A stretch of DNA of 64,000 nucleotides, taken from positions 246,984 to 310,983 of the forward strand of contig JAAOMT010000200.1 in NCBI GenBank assembly GCA_016748015.1, in the 5' to 3' direction. The notes under the pieces are model-generated. The model did no database searches, had not been told where the DNA came from, and was given only the letters and a program-made list of their open reading frames with translations. Positions 25,601 through 38,550 of the stretch are shown piece after piece (positions within the stretch are counted from its first letter, which is position 1; each line of letters begins with the position of its first letter). This DNA is from Geosiphon pyriformis uo1 (lineage: Eukaryota > Fungi > Glomeromycota). The position numbers and the translations under genes were made by a program.

Positions 25601-26119
25601 TTATGTTACTATTATTTAATTAAGAAATATTAATCTATTTTATACTATTAACACTTTATGTTAATAGAATTTAAGATTTAATTATACTGAACCAATAGTT
25701 TTTAATCATAGTTATTAACAGAATACTAATTTTTTATTTTCTTTTCTTATTTCTTTTTATTTCTTTTATTTTCTTTTATTTTCTTCTGTTTTGTTTTCTT
25801 TGTTAATTGCTAATTGATTATAAAAATTAAGCACAAAGTATTTGACATTAAGAATAGCCTGGTAAAAAACCCAGAAATAAAAATAAAAATTTAAAGATAG
25901 CTTCCCAAAAAGACACAACTGTCAGAATAAACTAGTCATCATGTTAAAAAAAAAAATTCATAAAAAAAACCATTAATTGAATCTCTGTTTATTATATAAA
26001 GAACTCAACCAAAATCTTCAGACTCCAAAATCTTCAGAAATTACCAATATTACCAGCTATTAAGCACTAAGTTACAGGTTTGTTATTTGTTCCAACATCT
26101 TAAATAATTATTTGTAACA
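19613..26119 (+). mobile_element. Gypsy family 1 element F, 5'-truncated (PR end, Cys-rich, dUTPase, RT, RH, IN, 3' domain, 3' LTR 25167-26119), heavily degraded
   Basis: Colinear with A from ~33500; PPT AAAGAAGGAGATAA before 25167; LTR ends TGTAACA at 26119. Confidence 0.88.
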
Positions 26120-27439
26120 ATGATAACATAGATCTGAATAATATGTAAATAGTATTTCTTGATATATAATAATATAACAAGTAAATAAATGAAACAATTC
26201 TTGGTTTTTTTTAAGTAGACAGTTGTATTTTCTTTGATATTTTTATTAGAATTTGCAATTTTTCTTTATTTTTGTTTGTAAAGATAATAGAAAATTTCTA
26301 CTGGATGTAGTTTTCAATTTTTTAATTTATTTCTGTAATTAGTGGAGTAAATAAATAATTTTGTGAAAGCATAGTATTTTAAAGTAATTATTATAAAAAT
26401 TTTTGAGAACAGCTTTTAAATCTTTTTGGTTTCTCAAGTAAGATTTAATTTTTTTGTTAACATAAAAATTAAAAGCTGATTCTATTGGCCAATAGTTATT
26501 TGTTAGTTTAAGATAAATTTGGTAATATTAAAATAAAAATTTGGCAAATTTTAAATGATTTTCTTCTATGATTTTTTGGTCTCCTATTTTTCTGAATAGT
26601 TAATATTAGTGTTAGTTCTCTGTTAGATTATATCTTATAAGAAGCACTAAATATTATAAATAATTATTTAGAGTGTTAAAAACTCATAATTTAGTGCTCA
26701 ATAGCTGTTGATAATAATGGTTTCTAAAGATTTTGAAGTCCAAAAATTTTGGTTAAGTTTTTTATATAATAAACAGAAATTCAATTAATGATTTTATTCT
26801 ATGAATTTTTTTCTTCACCATAATGGCTAGTTTATTCTGATAGTTGTGCTTTTTTGGTAAGCTATTCTTAAATTTCTACTTTTGTTCTCAAGTTTTTTAT
26901 CAGACTATTCTTAATGTCAATTATTTAGTATCTAATTCTTTAATTAATTAATAAATAACAAAAAAAAGAAAAAAAAGAAAATAAAAAAAAAATAAAAAAA
27001 AAATAAAAAATTAATATTCTATCAATAGCTGTAATTAAAAACTATTGATTTAGTGTAATTAAGTATTAGATTTTATTAACATAAATTATTATTAATATAA
27101 AAGTAATTAATATTTTTTAATTACTAATAACAATATAAATTAGATAATAATAAGTATATTTATTAATATAATTATGTTTTTATTTTAAATTATAGAATAC
27201 TATCTTTTAAAAAAAGAGATATTGTTATTTTAAACTGAATTATCTGTTTTTATTGCTTTTAACACTTTTGCTATATATACATAATTTATGTTATATGAGA
27301 TTTTTTAAAATTTTTCAATTCTTTTAAAAAAATTCTAGAATTTTGGAATTTTACAATTTTTTAAGAAGAATCTTAGAATTTTTTTTTATTATGTTTATTT
27401 TTGTTTGGCTAATATAATTTTTAATTTTTATAAGTAACA
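26120..27439 (-). mobile_element. Gypsy family 1 element G remnant: 5' LTR (26652-27439), PBS, gag N-terminal region
   Basis: Minus strand reads ENHLKFAKFLF...ESAFNFYVNKKI as in A and B; degraded PBS at ~26635-26651. Confidence 0.82.
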
Positions 27440-29921
27440 ACAAAAATCAATCTTAGAATTGCTCTTGAAATTTTATTAGAAACAATGATTTAAATTACTT
27501 CTTAATTATTATTAACAACCAAAAAAATCAACATTAGAAAAAAAATTATAAATAGAAAATATACAGGAGACATTGCAATTATGCTACAAAATAAAACAAA
27601 AAATATATTTAAGATTAAGCATGTTGAAAAAATTGCCCAAACAATTTATTTACTCTTAATTAACATTTTGGGTTTATAACTAGTCAATCAAAGAAAACAA
27701 TTAGGCAAAAGTAATAGAAAAACCCAAGATTTTGGTTCAACTAAACATTTTACAGTCTTAATAAACATAGTTCTTAATGTACAAAATAAATTTTACCAGA
27801 TTTTTTGACTTTTTTAACCAATTATTATATTACTTTTTGAAAAACATTACAAAATTTATACCTGCCCAAAATTTACTACTATATAACAAATCTTGGAATC
27901 AAATAAACAAATCTGCACAAAGCACAAAATCTCAATTTTAAATATCTATATTCTGAAAAAAATAAAGAAATTCTGAGTTATTTTTATAACTCCAACAAAT
28001 ACCCTATTATTTTATTAAATAGACTGAAAAGAAAAATTATATATAAAAATATTTTTTAAAATAAAACCTCTCAAATTATTTCTAATTTATAAAAATTATA
28101 AAACACACACTTTTTTCAAACCCAAATATTATTTTCACTGCTGAAACTATTATTTTATTGAGGAAAAACTTTCTTAAATTAACATGAACTTCTTAAAATC
28201 CCAAAAACAAAAACAATTAAAACAACTAATTGCCAAATATATTAATATATTCACTAAAAATAACAACAATCTAGGAAAAACTAATATTGTTTAATACCAA
28301 ATTTATATAAAAAATGCTCTACTAAAATGTTAATAAGTCTATTAAGTCTTATTTGCTAACCACTAATTTATCAAAAAAGAGATCCAGAAAATGCTTAAAA
28401 ATAGTTTTATTCAATTATTAAAAAGTTTTTGGGTTTCATTAGTGATCTTTGTTAAAAAAAAAATAGAAAAATCAGATTTTGTGTAGATTATTATCAATTA
28501 AACAGCATGATAATTGAAGATATATATTTTTTTTCAAGAATTAACAATATGCTAAATGCTCTAGAAAAAGCCAAGTTTTTTTTAACTTTAGACTTAAAAA
28601 GTAAATATTAGCAAGTTGAAATAAATCCAAAAAACTGCCTCAAAACAGCATTTATCACACAAAAAAAAACTACAAGTTCAATATTATGCTTTTTAAATTC
28701 TGTAATATACCAACAACATTCTAGAGACTAATAAATATTGTTTATAAAAGACTTTTATAACAATTAGTAGTTGTTTATCTCGATAATACTGATGTTTACT
28801 CTTTAAGTTTTGAAACTTATCTGATCTTTTTGTAAAAAGTTTTTCAACAATTATAGAAAACAAAACTGAAATTAAACATTAAAAAATATTACTTTTAAAA
28901 AACAAGTTTAATTTTTTTTGAATATATTATTAGCAAAAATAAAGTTTAATCTAATTCAAAAACAATTAATGATGTTAAAAACTTTTAAGTTTCTCAAAAT
29001 ACTATAGAATTAAGAAAATTTATAGAATTAACTTTGTATTACTAAAAGTTTATTAAAGAATTTTCAGAAATTGTCAAATTTTTTAATTATCTAACCAATA
29101 AAAATGTCTAATACCAATAGATTTTAATTCAACAAAAAACATTTAACACTTTTAAAAAAAAACTAACCACAACTCCAATTTTTGTCTATTCCAATTTCAA
29201 CAAAAAATTTCAGTTAGCTACCAATACTTTACACATAGTTTTTGGTGCCATTTTATTACAATTAAATAACAATAACAATAAATGAGTAATTACACATATC
29301 AATAAAACACTCAAGTCAACAGAACTTAAATATGGTTTAATTGAATTAGAAACAGCAACCATTATTTAATCTCTCAAATACTTTTAGCAATATCTTAGAA
29401 ATAGATTTTAATTTAACATTATTATTAATAATATTGGCCTCAAATAGCTTAACAATAAAAGCTCCAAACTTAATGCAAAACAATTCTAATTGACTGATTT
29501 TCTAGTCAATTACAAATATATTATGCACTACAAATCAGAAATATTACACACAAATATTAATAGTTTTTTTAGAATAAGGTAAGATTAGAACTTATATTAA
29601 CAACCCAATAATTTAACAAATTAATTAGTAATAATAAATTCTAAAAATTACAACAATATTAAAAACTATTTGAAGATTTTTAACATATCAAAAAATTGGT
29701 CTTTAATTAAAAAACACTAATTACAAAACCAATTAAAGCAATATTTTATCCATTACAACAAAATTTATTACCAAAATTGCAAAAATTCAACAAATTTATT
29801 TAGATTAATCTAACAAAATAAAAAAAAACGATTTTATACAACATATATACAGATTTTTTATCAGCACATTTAGGAAAAAATAGTACAATCCAAAAAACAC
29901 TTGAACATTATTTTTGGTTAT

Positions 29922-30787
29922 TGTTACTCATAAAAAAAAAACAGATATAGAAAATAGCAGACCAATGAGAGAATAGTATTTAGCACATGAGCACAATGCT
30001 TAGCAATGTGGAGCAATATCAGAAATTATGGCACATTGCTCAGCAATATGGAGCAATGTCAGAAAACATGGCACATTGTTCAGCAATGTAGAGCAATGTT
30101 AGAAATTAGAGCACATCACTCAGCAATGTAAGTATTGCTCAAGAAATCATAACACATTGTTTGGAAATATGAGTGATTTCATAGAACATCAATTATGTAT
30201 ATATAGTGGGAGTATTAGAAGTAGAAAAAACAGACCTCTCAGTTTAGATTTAATCTAAGCAACCTTCCATTCACAAATATCAAATAAATAATTATTTACC
30301 ATCCAAATTCACTCTCCACTATCAACACTTTATATTGATAGTAATTAATATTTAACTACACTGTAACAATAGCTCTTAATCATGGCTATTAACGGGATAT
30401 TAACTTGCAATTGCTTTTGTTTACTTCTTTATTTTTTTTTATTTTTTTTTATTTCTTTTTGTTATTTCTTTGGTTTTACTAAATTGATTAAGGATTAAGC
30501 ACTAAAATACAGACATCATAGAGACTGGTAAAAGACCTGTGAAACAAGAGTAGAACACTTATAGATTTGAGGATAGCTTATCAAAAGAATTACCAACCAC
30601 CACACTGAGAAAGAAATTCGATGGAATTGCGATTCTGGGAGGCTACTGAAAACAACTATTAAATCTCTGTCCATTATACAAAAAACTCCACAACCAAAAC
30701 CTTCAGATATTAACACTCAAGTAACAACTAAGCACCAAGTTACAGATTTTTTATTTGACTTGAGACCCCAAATAATTATCTGTAACA
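29922..30787 (+). repeat. 5' LTR of A
   Basis: TGTTAC...TGTAACA; direct repeat of 39202-39958. Confidence 0.95.
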
Positions 30788-30806
30788 TTTGGTGTTTTCT
30801 GTGAGG
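30788..30806 (+). other. Primer-binding site (consensus TTTGGTGCTCCCTGTGAGG from A, B and C)
   Basis: TGG two nt after the LTR; complementary to a tRNA ending ...CCUCACAGGGAGCACCA; resembles elongator Met or Ile(UAU) 3' ends, identity not established. Confidence 0.8.
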
Positions 30807-30847
30807 TATAATTCTACAGAGAACCAGCACCAACAAATAAATCAACA

Positions 30848-33800
30848 GTGGCAGAATCAGAAAGTATAAGAGCAAATTATTTAGAATTTGTGAAATTCTT
30901 ATTTCAACACTACTGTCAACACTTGGAATTGAACCACAATCAGATATTAGCAGAATTAGCCTTTAATTTCTATGTCAATGAAAAAATTGTCTATTTGTTA
31001 AGAACACCAGTAAACACTGAATTAGTGAGAGAAACTTTTTATCATGAATTAATCCAAAACACCAGCTTATCAACAAATTATAATTTTGCATCCATCATTA
31101 CTAAGATTAATAAAGAAATTAAACATCATACACAACAAAGATATCCAATCACTTATGCCAGTAAAGGCAAAGAAAAATTGCAAACACCAGTAGTAATACC
31201 AAAACAAATACAACCACCTACTTGGAAGAAAACCAGAGTTAAATCACCAACAAACCCATCATACCACTATACACTTAGAAACACCATTAACATCACATCA
31301 ACAGGTGCATCCACATCACATGTGACATTAATCTTTGGACAATTTTCATTTCAGAGTAAACAAAGGAAAGAAGATCTTTTAAGATCATATGGCGCGTATT
31401 TTGAAAAATTTAAGTCTCAATCGCCAATGTCATCAGAACTTTGATTTCTACCACCCCAACCAGATTTTGGAATCATGAGTTCCTGGAAAGTAATAGAATT
31501 GGAGGAAGAACAAGAAGAAGAGAAAGAAGAATCTGAAGATCAAAAATTTACTTACCAGAACCCAATCCCAGAAAACCTGAACATTGAAACACTGAATTTT
31601 TAGACTCAGCAAAATCCAAATTTAGAAAATCCAGAAATCAGAACTCCAAATTTCCAAATGCAGCACAATCAGAACAATCGAAACCCTGACATCAATAATT
31701 AACAACACTTATCTCCAGTAATCGGGATTAATTCAGCTCCACCAATCAACGAACAGCAACAGCAGCTACTTCAACCACCTCAACAACTACAGCAGCTGCT
31801 TCAACAGCCATAACAACAACTGCAACAACCAAATGTCAATCCAATGGCCTATGCTTTGATAGTGAAGCTTGAGAAATTTACCGGCAAAGAAGATGATGCC
31901 CAAGTGTGGCTAAATGATGTGGAAAAAACCATTGCAGCCAATGGCTAAAATGACACCAGAGCCATACAGGCCATTTTTTACTTTCTCCAAGATACCACTG
32001 ATTCATGGTATCAAAGCTGGCTAACAAACCCCAAGATTTTGCTGTATTCAAGCTTGCATTCCTACAATACTTTAGCAACAACAATAGTATTAATCGGTTA
32101 GCAAACACTTTTACCACTATCAAACAAGGAGAAAATAAAGCAGTCACTACTTACTTAGGACACTTCCATAGAAATCTGTACTAGATTCAAGCAATTCAGG
32201 CTGATTACTTTACAGCACCACAAATCCTAAACCAATTTATTAGAGGCCTGCACAGTAGCATTCTCCAACACATATGCCCAATGCATCCAGTAGACCTTCA
32301 AGCTATAGTTAACAATACCAGAGATTTTAAAGCAGCTGAACTCAAAGCCAACCATGCCCAAGCCATAAATCTAGTGATGAATGGATCATCTGAATTGGAT
32401 TCTAAATTGAAACAATTCAGTAATTCCATTAACCAAAAGCTGGAAGGGTACTTAGCTGACAATTGCACAATTTATCAGTCATCCCAATGATACAATAATT
32501 TAGGAATGACAAATCACCCACAAAATCAGTCATGTTCCTCATCATCATCCAATCAGCCATGGCAGCAAGAGATGCATATTTGCCACTACTGTGGTAAACA
32601 AGAACATTTGAAAATCAATTGTCAGTTAAGAATAGAAAACCAATGATCGAAAAATCAATATTGAAATTTTGATTGCAGGTTTTTAGCTCTAAGTTATCAA
32701 TCAATCTCAACAATATATCAACCAAATTACATACTTATGATGCAGCCACAAATTTATCAATCACCAATTTATCAGCCAACAGCACCTATTGTTTATCAAC
32801 TACAGTTTCAACCTATATATTAGCTGCAGTCACAAATAATCTATCAAACACCTGCAGTTTAAACACCATCACCCAACCTCACTCAAATGACATTAGGAAA
32901 TCTTAGATCAAAAGTCACCCAAAACTGGAGATTGGTAATGGTTGTTTATCAACCAATTCTTAGTTCATTCAACCAGTTATCAGAATCATGACAGTGGAGT
33001 TCGAAAACTGGGTATACTCAAAACCCGAGTTCTCAGAACTATTTAAGCCTTCTGGTTACCCCAAAAGACACCTCACCCAACACCCAGAAACCCAACCAGA
33101 AGTAACCACTTACCAATATTCCGCCAGCCACTGTTATAGAAGACGAGTCTCTAGTAGCAATATTTCTTTTCGAAATCGAGGAACTGACAGAAACTCCTTT
33201 ATTCAGTGGAGCTGCACTCGAGGAAAAACCTATTACAGCAATGTACACGAATGCCAAAATTGATGGTCAGTTTATCAAACTGATCCTAAATAGTGGATCA
33301 GCTGGCAGCATTATCACAAGACAGCTCATGAACCAATTAGGTTGCTGAGTTAATTGAGCTGCCAGTGCAAAAATAATTACAGCTGATGGAACCACCAAGA
33401 CTCCAATTGGTGAAATAGATAACTTGCTTATAGAAATCAATGGCATCATTGTACCAATCAAGGTATTAGTCATGGAAGCCACTCAATACCAAGCACTAAT
33501 GGGTAATAACTGGCTGTCCAAAATCAATGCAACACTTGACTGGAACACCCAAGAGCTCTAGCTTAGCCAGAACAGATGACACACATACATACTAGCTATA
33601 TGTGACCATTTCAAACTCATCACCACACCATCAGCTCCACTTATTGAATTGGAAAAAAAAAAGGAAAAACCTACCTGGGAAGCCTATCAAGTTTCTTAGA
33701 CCAATAAAAACAACCACAATAAATTACCACTGATACTATCCTGGGATGATAAAGAAAAAAGAAAACAAATAGAAAAACTTACCTAGAATCTGGATCAAGT

Positions 33801-36800
33801 CTGAGGAACTAACAATGATCAAAATGAACTACCAACAACCTGGGAGTGGGAAGAGAATAACTACAAAGAAAAAGGGAAAGAGAATAAAAAAATTCCAACA
33901 CCAACCACTATTCACCATACATATACTTACACACTACCACAACCAAATTATTGTTGACCAAAGCTTATATGTGCCAATTGTGGCAAGAAATTGTTTTCAA
34001 TGAGCACATGCTGTGGCAATGATGAAAAATACCAGATGGCAACTAAGTTTTATTGCCGTGCATGTTTCATTAAATGTTTTGGAAGGCCAAAACAAGTGAG
34101 AAAATGAGATAATACACCATGTTTAGCTTGTGGAGAAACTCTTCCAGATGAAGAAATGTGGAATGACATTCCTGGACAAGGAGGAACGTGTGATGAAATG
34201 TGCCAATATACAATCCTAATTAATGATTGAGTATACAAAGGCACACCAATTGATGACATCTGGAAAAAAGTGTTGTGATAATTAAAAAAATATTCTCACG
34301 ATGAACACAAACTCTGGAGAATGGCATATGTGAAAGCAGAAGGCACAACAACCAGTGAACTACTGGAAATCAAAAACAACCCTCTATCACTTCCTGAACC
34401 TGAATATGTCCAAACTTTTGACGTCTTTAACAACATTAAGGATGATTCAGAGGAATTCCATAAACATTACCAATAATTAGCACCCACCAGAAAGGAACAG
34501 AAACAATGCTTGGAAGAAATAAACACCCAATTATGTGACCACTGTTTGATTCCATGTGACTTCCAGTATTGCAATGAGTGTGATCTTATTTACAATCTAC
34601 CACCACACATGATCTACATGATCTCAAAAGAAGATGAACCAATAAGCAACTGTGCATCAGAATTGGAATCAATTTTTAATCCCAATTCAAACTCCAACAA
34701 TGATGATAACAAAAACACCAGTTCTAGCTCTGCTCAAAACAGCAACAAAAATAACAACAATTTGGATCCCAATTCAAACTCTGAAACATATATTGCCCTC
34801 CCTAATCTTACCAAAGAGCAAAAACTGAAATGATTCAGCAATAATAATGAAGGTATTATGCCTGAACACACACATAATACTGATGTAAAATTTGATTTGA
34901 GATATCTGGAGAAAGATTCCATCAAATTGGAATCTTACTTACACATTTGTATCGATCTGAAAATAGTGCTGAAAATTCCAGTAACAACAATAGTTCAATT
35001 AGCATCTAGAAGTAGTTTAGCAAAAAAGAGAATCAACATCAGAGGAGGAATAATTGACGCAAAATACATAAGAAATATTATTGCTATGCTACAAAATGAC
35101 TCAGAAAAAACATATACTATAGATCCAAATAAAAAGATAATACAGGCAATATTCCTATCTCTAGTGAAAGTAGCTCAGCTAGTGTCAGTGGAAAACAGAG
35201 AAGAATTGGGAATTACTGCTAGAGAGATACAAGGATTTGAATCAACGGATAGAATAAATATACCAGTTAATATAACAGAAAAAGAAATTGTTGACAAAGA
35301 AGAAATTATCTCAAACTGTCACACAATTTTCATTCCACCATATGATCAGTATATGTTAGCTATAAAAAGAGAAGTAAAGAATCAAGCTCAGTTGTTTAAA
35401 GCAGAAGCTACCATTTGCAAATTAGGAGAAATTGGACTCACCAATCTCTACATATCAGTCAACAGCCCCAAGAATATCAAAATTTTCATCTACAACACAA
35501 CAAGATGTGTTATTGAAATACCAAAAGGAACCATCATTGAATATTTAACTACCAAAGTTGAGAACCAACCACCAAACCATATTCTAGATTTTCCACAGCT
35601 TTGTGGATATGTGGACATCACATTACAAACCATCTACAGATGAAACGAATGTTATCTGTTCTAACCAGAACAATTGGAACAGATAAACATGGGGAATCTA
35701 GACCTACTCCAACAGATACAACTAAAGACGTTACTTAGCAACTTCAATGACATCTTTGCCAGCGAAAACGAATTTGGCAGAACCAACATCATCTAGTATC
35801 AGATCAAAACTGGAGATGCAATGTCAATTAAACAAAGAACATACAGAGTACCACCAGCTAGCCATGAAATTATTTGTCAAGAAATTAACCAAATGCTTGA
35901 CAATGGGCTAATTCAGTCATCAATGAGCTCATAGTCATCACCAATGATACTAGTCTGAAAGAAAAATGAGAAAATCTGCTTTTGTGTAGATTACTAGAAA
36001 CTAAATAGAGTAATCAAAGAAGATAGCTATCCAATGCCCAAAATTCAAGAGCTGTTCAATGTTTTTGGAGGAAATAAATGGTTCTCGATACTGGATTTGA
36101 ATAGTAGTTACTGGCAAGTAGCCATGGATCCAGCCGACAAAGAGAAAACAGTCTTTACCACAAGAGAAAAAAATTTTGAATTTGAAGTCATGCCATTTGA
36201 ATTGATGAATACACCGGCCATATTCTAATGACTAATAGAAATTGTATACACTGGACTACTATGGAAGTCAGTAGTTGTATACTTGGATGATACCAATGTG
36301 TTTTCAAAAACATTTGATGATCATTTGTATCATCTTTAACAAGTGTTCAAAAGATTGAAAAGAGCCAGAATAAAATTAAATGCAACCAAATGTTTCTTTG
36401 GAAAAACTGAACTCAAGTTTTTGGGACATATGGTGAGCAAAGATGAAATAAAAACAGATCCAAACAAGATTGAGATTGTCAAAAACTTTTCAGTACCAAA
36501 TAATCTCACAGAATTGAGAGCATTTTTGAGATTTGCTGAATACTACTGCCATTTCATCAAGAATTTTCCAAAATAGCCCAACCACTACACCAACTTCAAA
36601 CAAAGAATGTAAAGTATGAATAGACAAAAACTCAACAAAAAGCTTTTGATATCTTAAGAAGAAAGCTTATTCAAGCTCTAGTATTGATGTATCCAGATTA
36701 CAGCAAACTATTCATTATCACTACTGATGCATCTGGCCAAGCATTGAGAGCAGTACTATCACAGAAAAGACCAGATGGAAGAGAACATCCAGTAGCTTAT

Positions 36801-37082
36801 GTCAGTAGAAGCTTAAGTCCAGCTGAAAAGAACTATAAAACTCCAGCACTAGAATACTTAGCTATCTATTGGGCTGTCATCAAATGAAAGGAATACTTGA
36901 GCCAAAAGTTTGAAGTGTATACTGATCACAAAGGATTGACTTCAATTCAAAAACAAGAATTTGCAGACAATTGTTATGCCAGATGGAAAATAGAACTTTC
37001 ACCATTTAATTATACAGTACATTATAAAAAAGGAAAAAACAATGGAAATGCTAACAGACTGTCACGAATAAGACAAATCTAA
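30848..37082 (+). pseudogene. A ORF1: N-terminal extension - capsid Gag - CCHC - aspartic protease - Cys-rich - dUTPase - RT - RNase H
   Basis: KLEKFTGKEDDAQVWL (capsid), CHYCGKQEHLKINC, LILNSGSAGSII (PR), FCVDY, VYLDDTNVFS (RT), TTDASGQAL (RH), ends NANRLSRIRQI*. Confidence 0.92.
34858..35250 (+). pseudogene. dut: Trimeric dUTPase domain in A
   Basis: All five motifs recognisable: (DVK)FDL, SRSSLA, GGIIDAKYIRNI, IIQAI, REIQGFEST. Confidence 0.9.
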
Positions 37083-37112
37083 AAACATTTCAAACCAAAA
37101 ATATAACAAAAG

Positions 37113-38516
37113 ATGAATATACAAAAATACCAACAACTACAACATTATATAGATATTCAACTGTTCAAGAAGAAATTATCTCAAAAAGAACAAAGAAACA
37201 TTAAACAACAATCAAAATATTTTATCAATTATCAAAATATACTTTACTGGAAGAACAGAAGAAATTCAAATCAACCAATCAGAGTAATCACAGAACCAGA
37301 AAAAAAAACAATATTATTCAACATACACTCCAATCCAACAGCAGAAGATTTTCATAAAGAAGCAACCATGGAAAGAACTAGAAAAAGATACTATTGGCCA
37401 TCTATGTACCCAGATATTATCCAATATGTTCAAAATTGTGATGCTTGTCAAAGAAGAGGTAGAACAAAACTCAGTGAACTATTAAGACCAATCAAAGTAG
37501 GACAATTATTCAACTGTATCGGAATTGACTTAGTAGGACCATTAACAATCACCAGCAGAGGAAACAGATATATCACAGTAGCCATAGACTATCTTACAAA
37601 ATGGCCAGAAGCAAAAACCATTCAAAGAGCAAATGCAAAATCTGTTGCCGAATTCGTTTATCAAGATTTGATTTGTCAACATAGATGTCCAAAAAAACTA
37701 TTATTAGATCAAAGAACTCACTTTGTAAACAGAACATTAGCAGAATTAAGTCAAAGATTTGGAATCAAAAGACCATTATTATCACCATATCATCCACAAA
37801 CTAATGGACTAGTTAAAAGATTTAACAGAACATTGTGTGAAGCAATCACCAAAATCAGTCAAGAAAACCAAGACAAATGGGATTTGTTCATACCATCAGT
37901 ATTATTTGCTTATCAGACAATGAAACAAGATACTGCACAAGCAACACCATTTGAATTAGTATATAGTAGAACAGCAACATTACCAATTAAGATAGAAGTC
38001 AACACTTACCCAACAGAACCAATAACCAAAGATAATTTTCAGAAAATATTGCTAAGAAAAACATATGACTTAATGGAAACATTAGAAAATAAACAGTAAA
38101 GAGCAGCTGATAACATCCAGAAGTCACAAAAGAGACAAAAAAAAAGACACGATAACCAACTACCAGATAAACCAGTTGAATTCAAGATTGAAGACAAAGT
38201 ATTTTTACATCATACCAAAGCAGAAAAACAATGGAGTGGAAAATTTGACCCCAAATAAGACAGACCATTTCACATAGAAGAAATTCTTGGAAATGGAGCT
38301 TATAAATTAAGATGAGACAACAAAATTTTAGCCAAAGCATCACATGGTGATTGACTGAAACCATATTACCAGATAGCATCATTATCTACCAATAACATTC
38401 CACAACTAGGAGTACAAAGAATACTAGTTCAACCAGATGAGATTCCATGAGATTTGGAACCAATCATAGTTATTAAACCAAACACATCAAATCAAACAAC
38501 CCAAAAGAGTATATAA
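37113..38516 (+). pseudogene. A integrase (HHCC, DDE core, GPY/F module)
   Basis: HSNPT..FH...RYYWP...CDAC; IGIDLVGPL; LLLDQRTHF; PYHPQTNGLVKRFNRTL; DRPFHIEEILGNGAYKL. Confidence 0.93.
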
Positions 38517-38550
38517 AGACACAATACACATGACAAAAGCAACCAAGAAA

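Noticed and set aside
29991-30150. Palindromic repeat arrays as CRISPR
   Set aside because: Tandem units without unique spacers, inside LTR U3; no cas genes; eukaryotic context
32988-33263. Alternative-frame and antisense ORFs overlapping gag-pol or LINE ORFs (e.g. 32988+, 49874-, 55814-)
   Set aside because: Shadow frames of the element ORFs; B shows gag-PR-RT in one frame, so no programmed frameshift product is needed
34680-34790. Poly-Asn tracts (also ~20700, ~57280) as prion-like domains
   Set aside because: A low-complexity linker probably inflated by GAY>AAY and AGY>AAY decay
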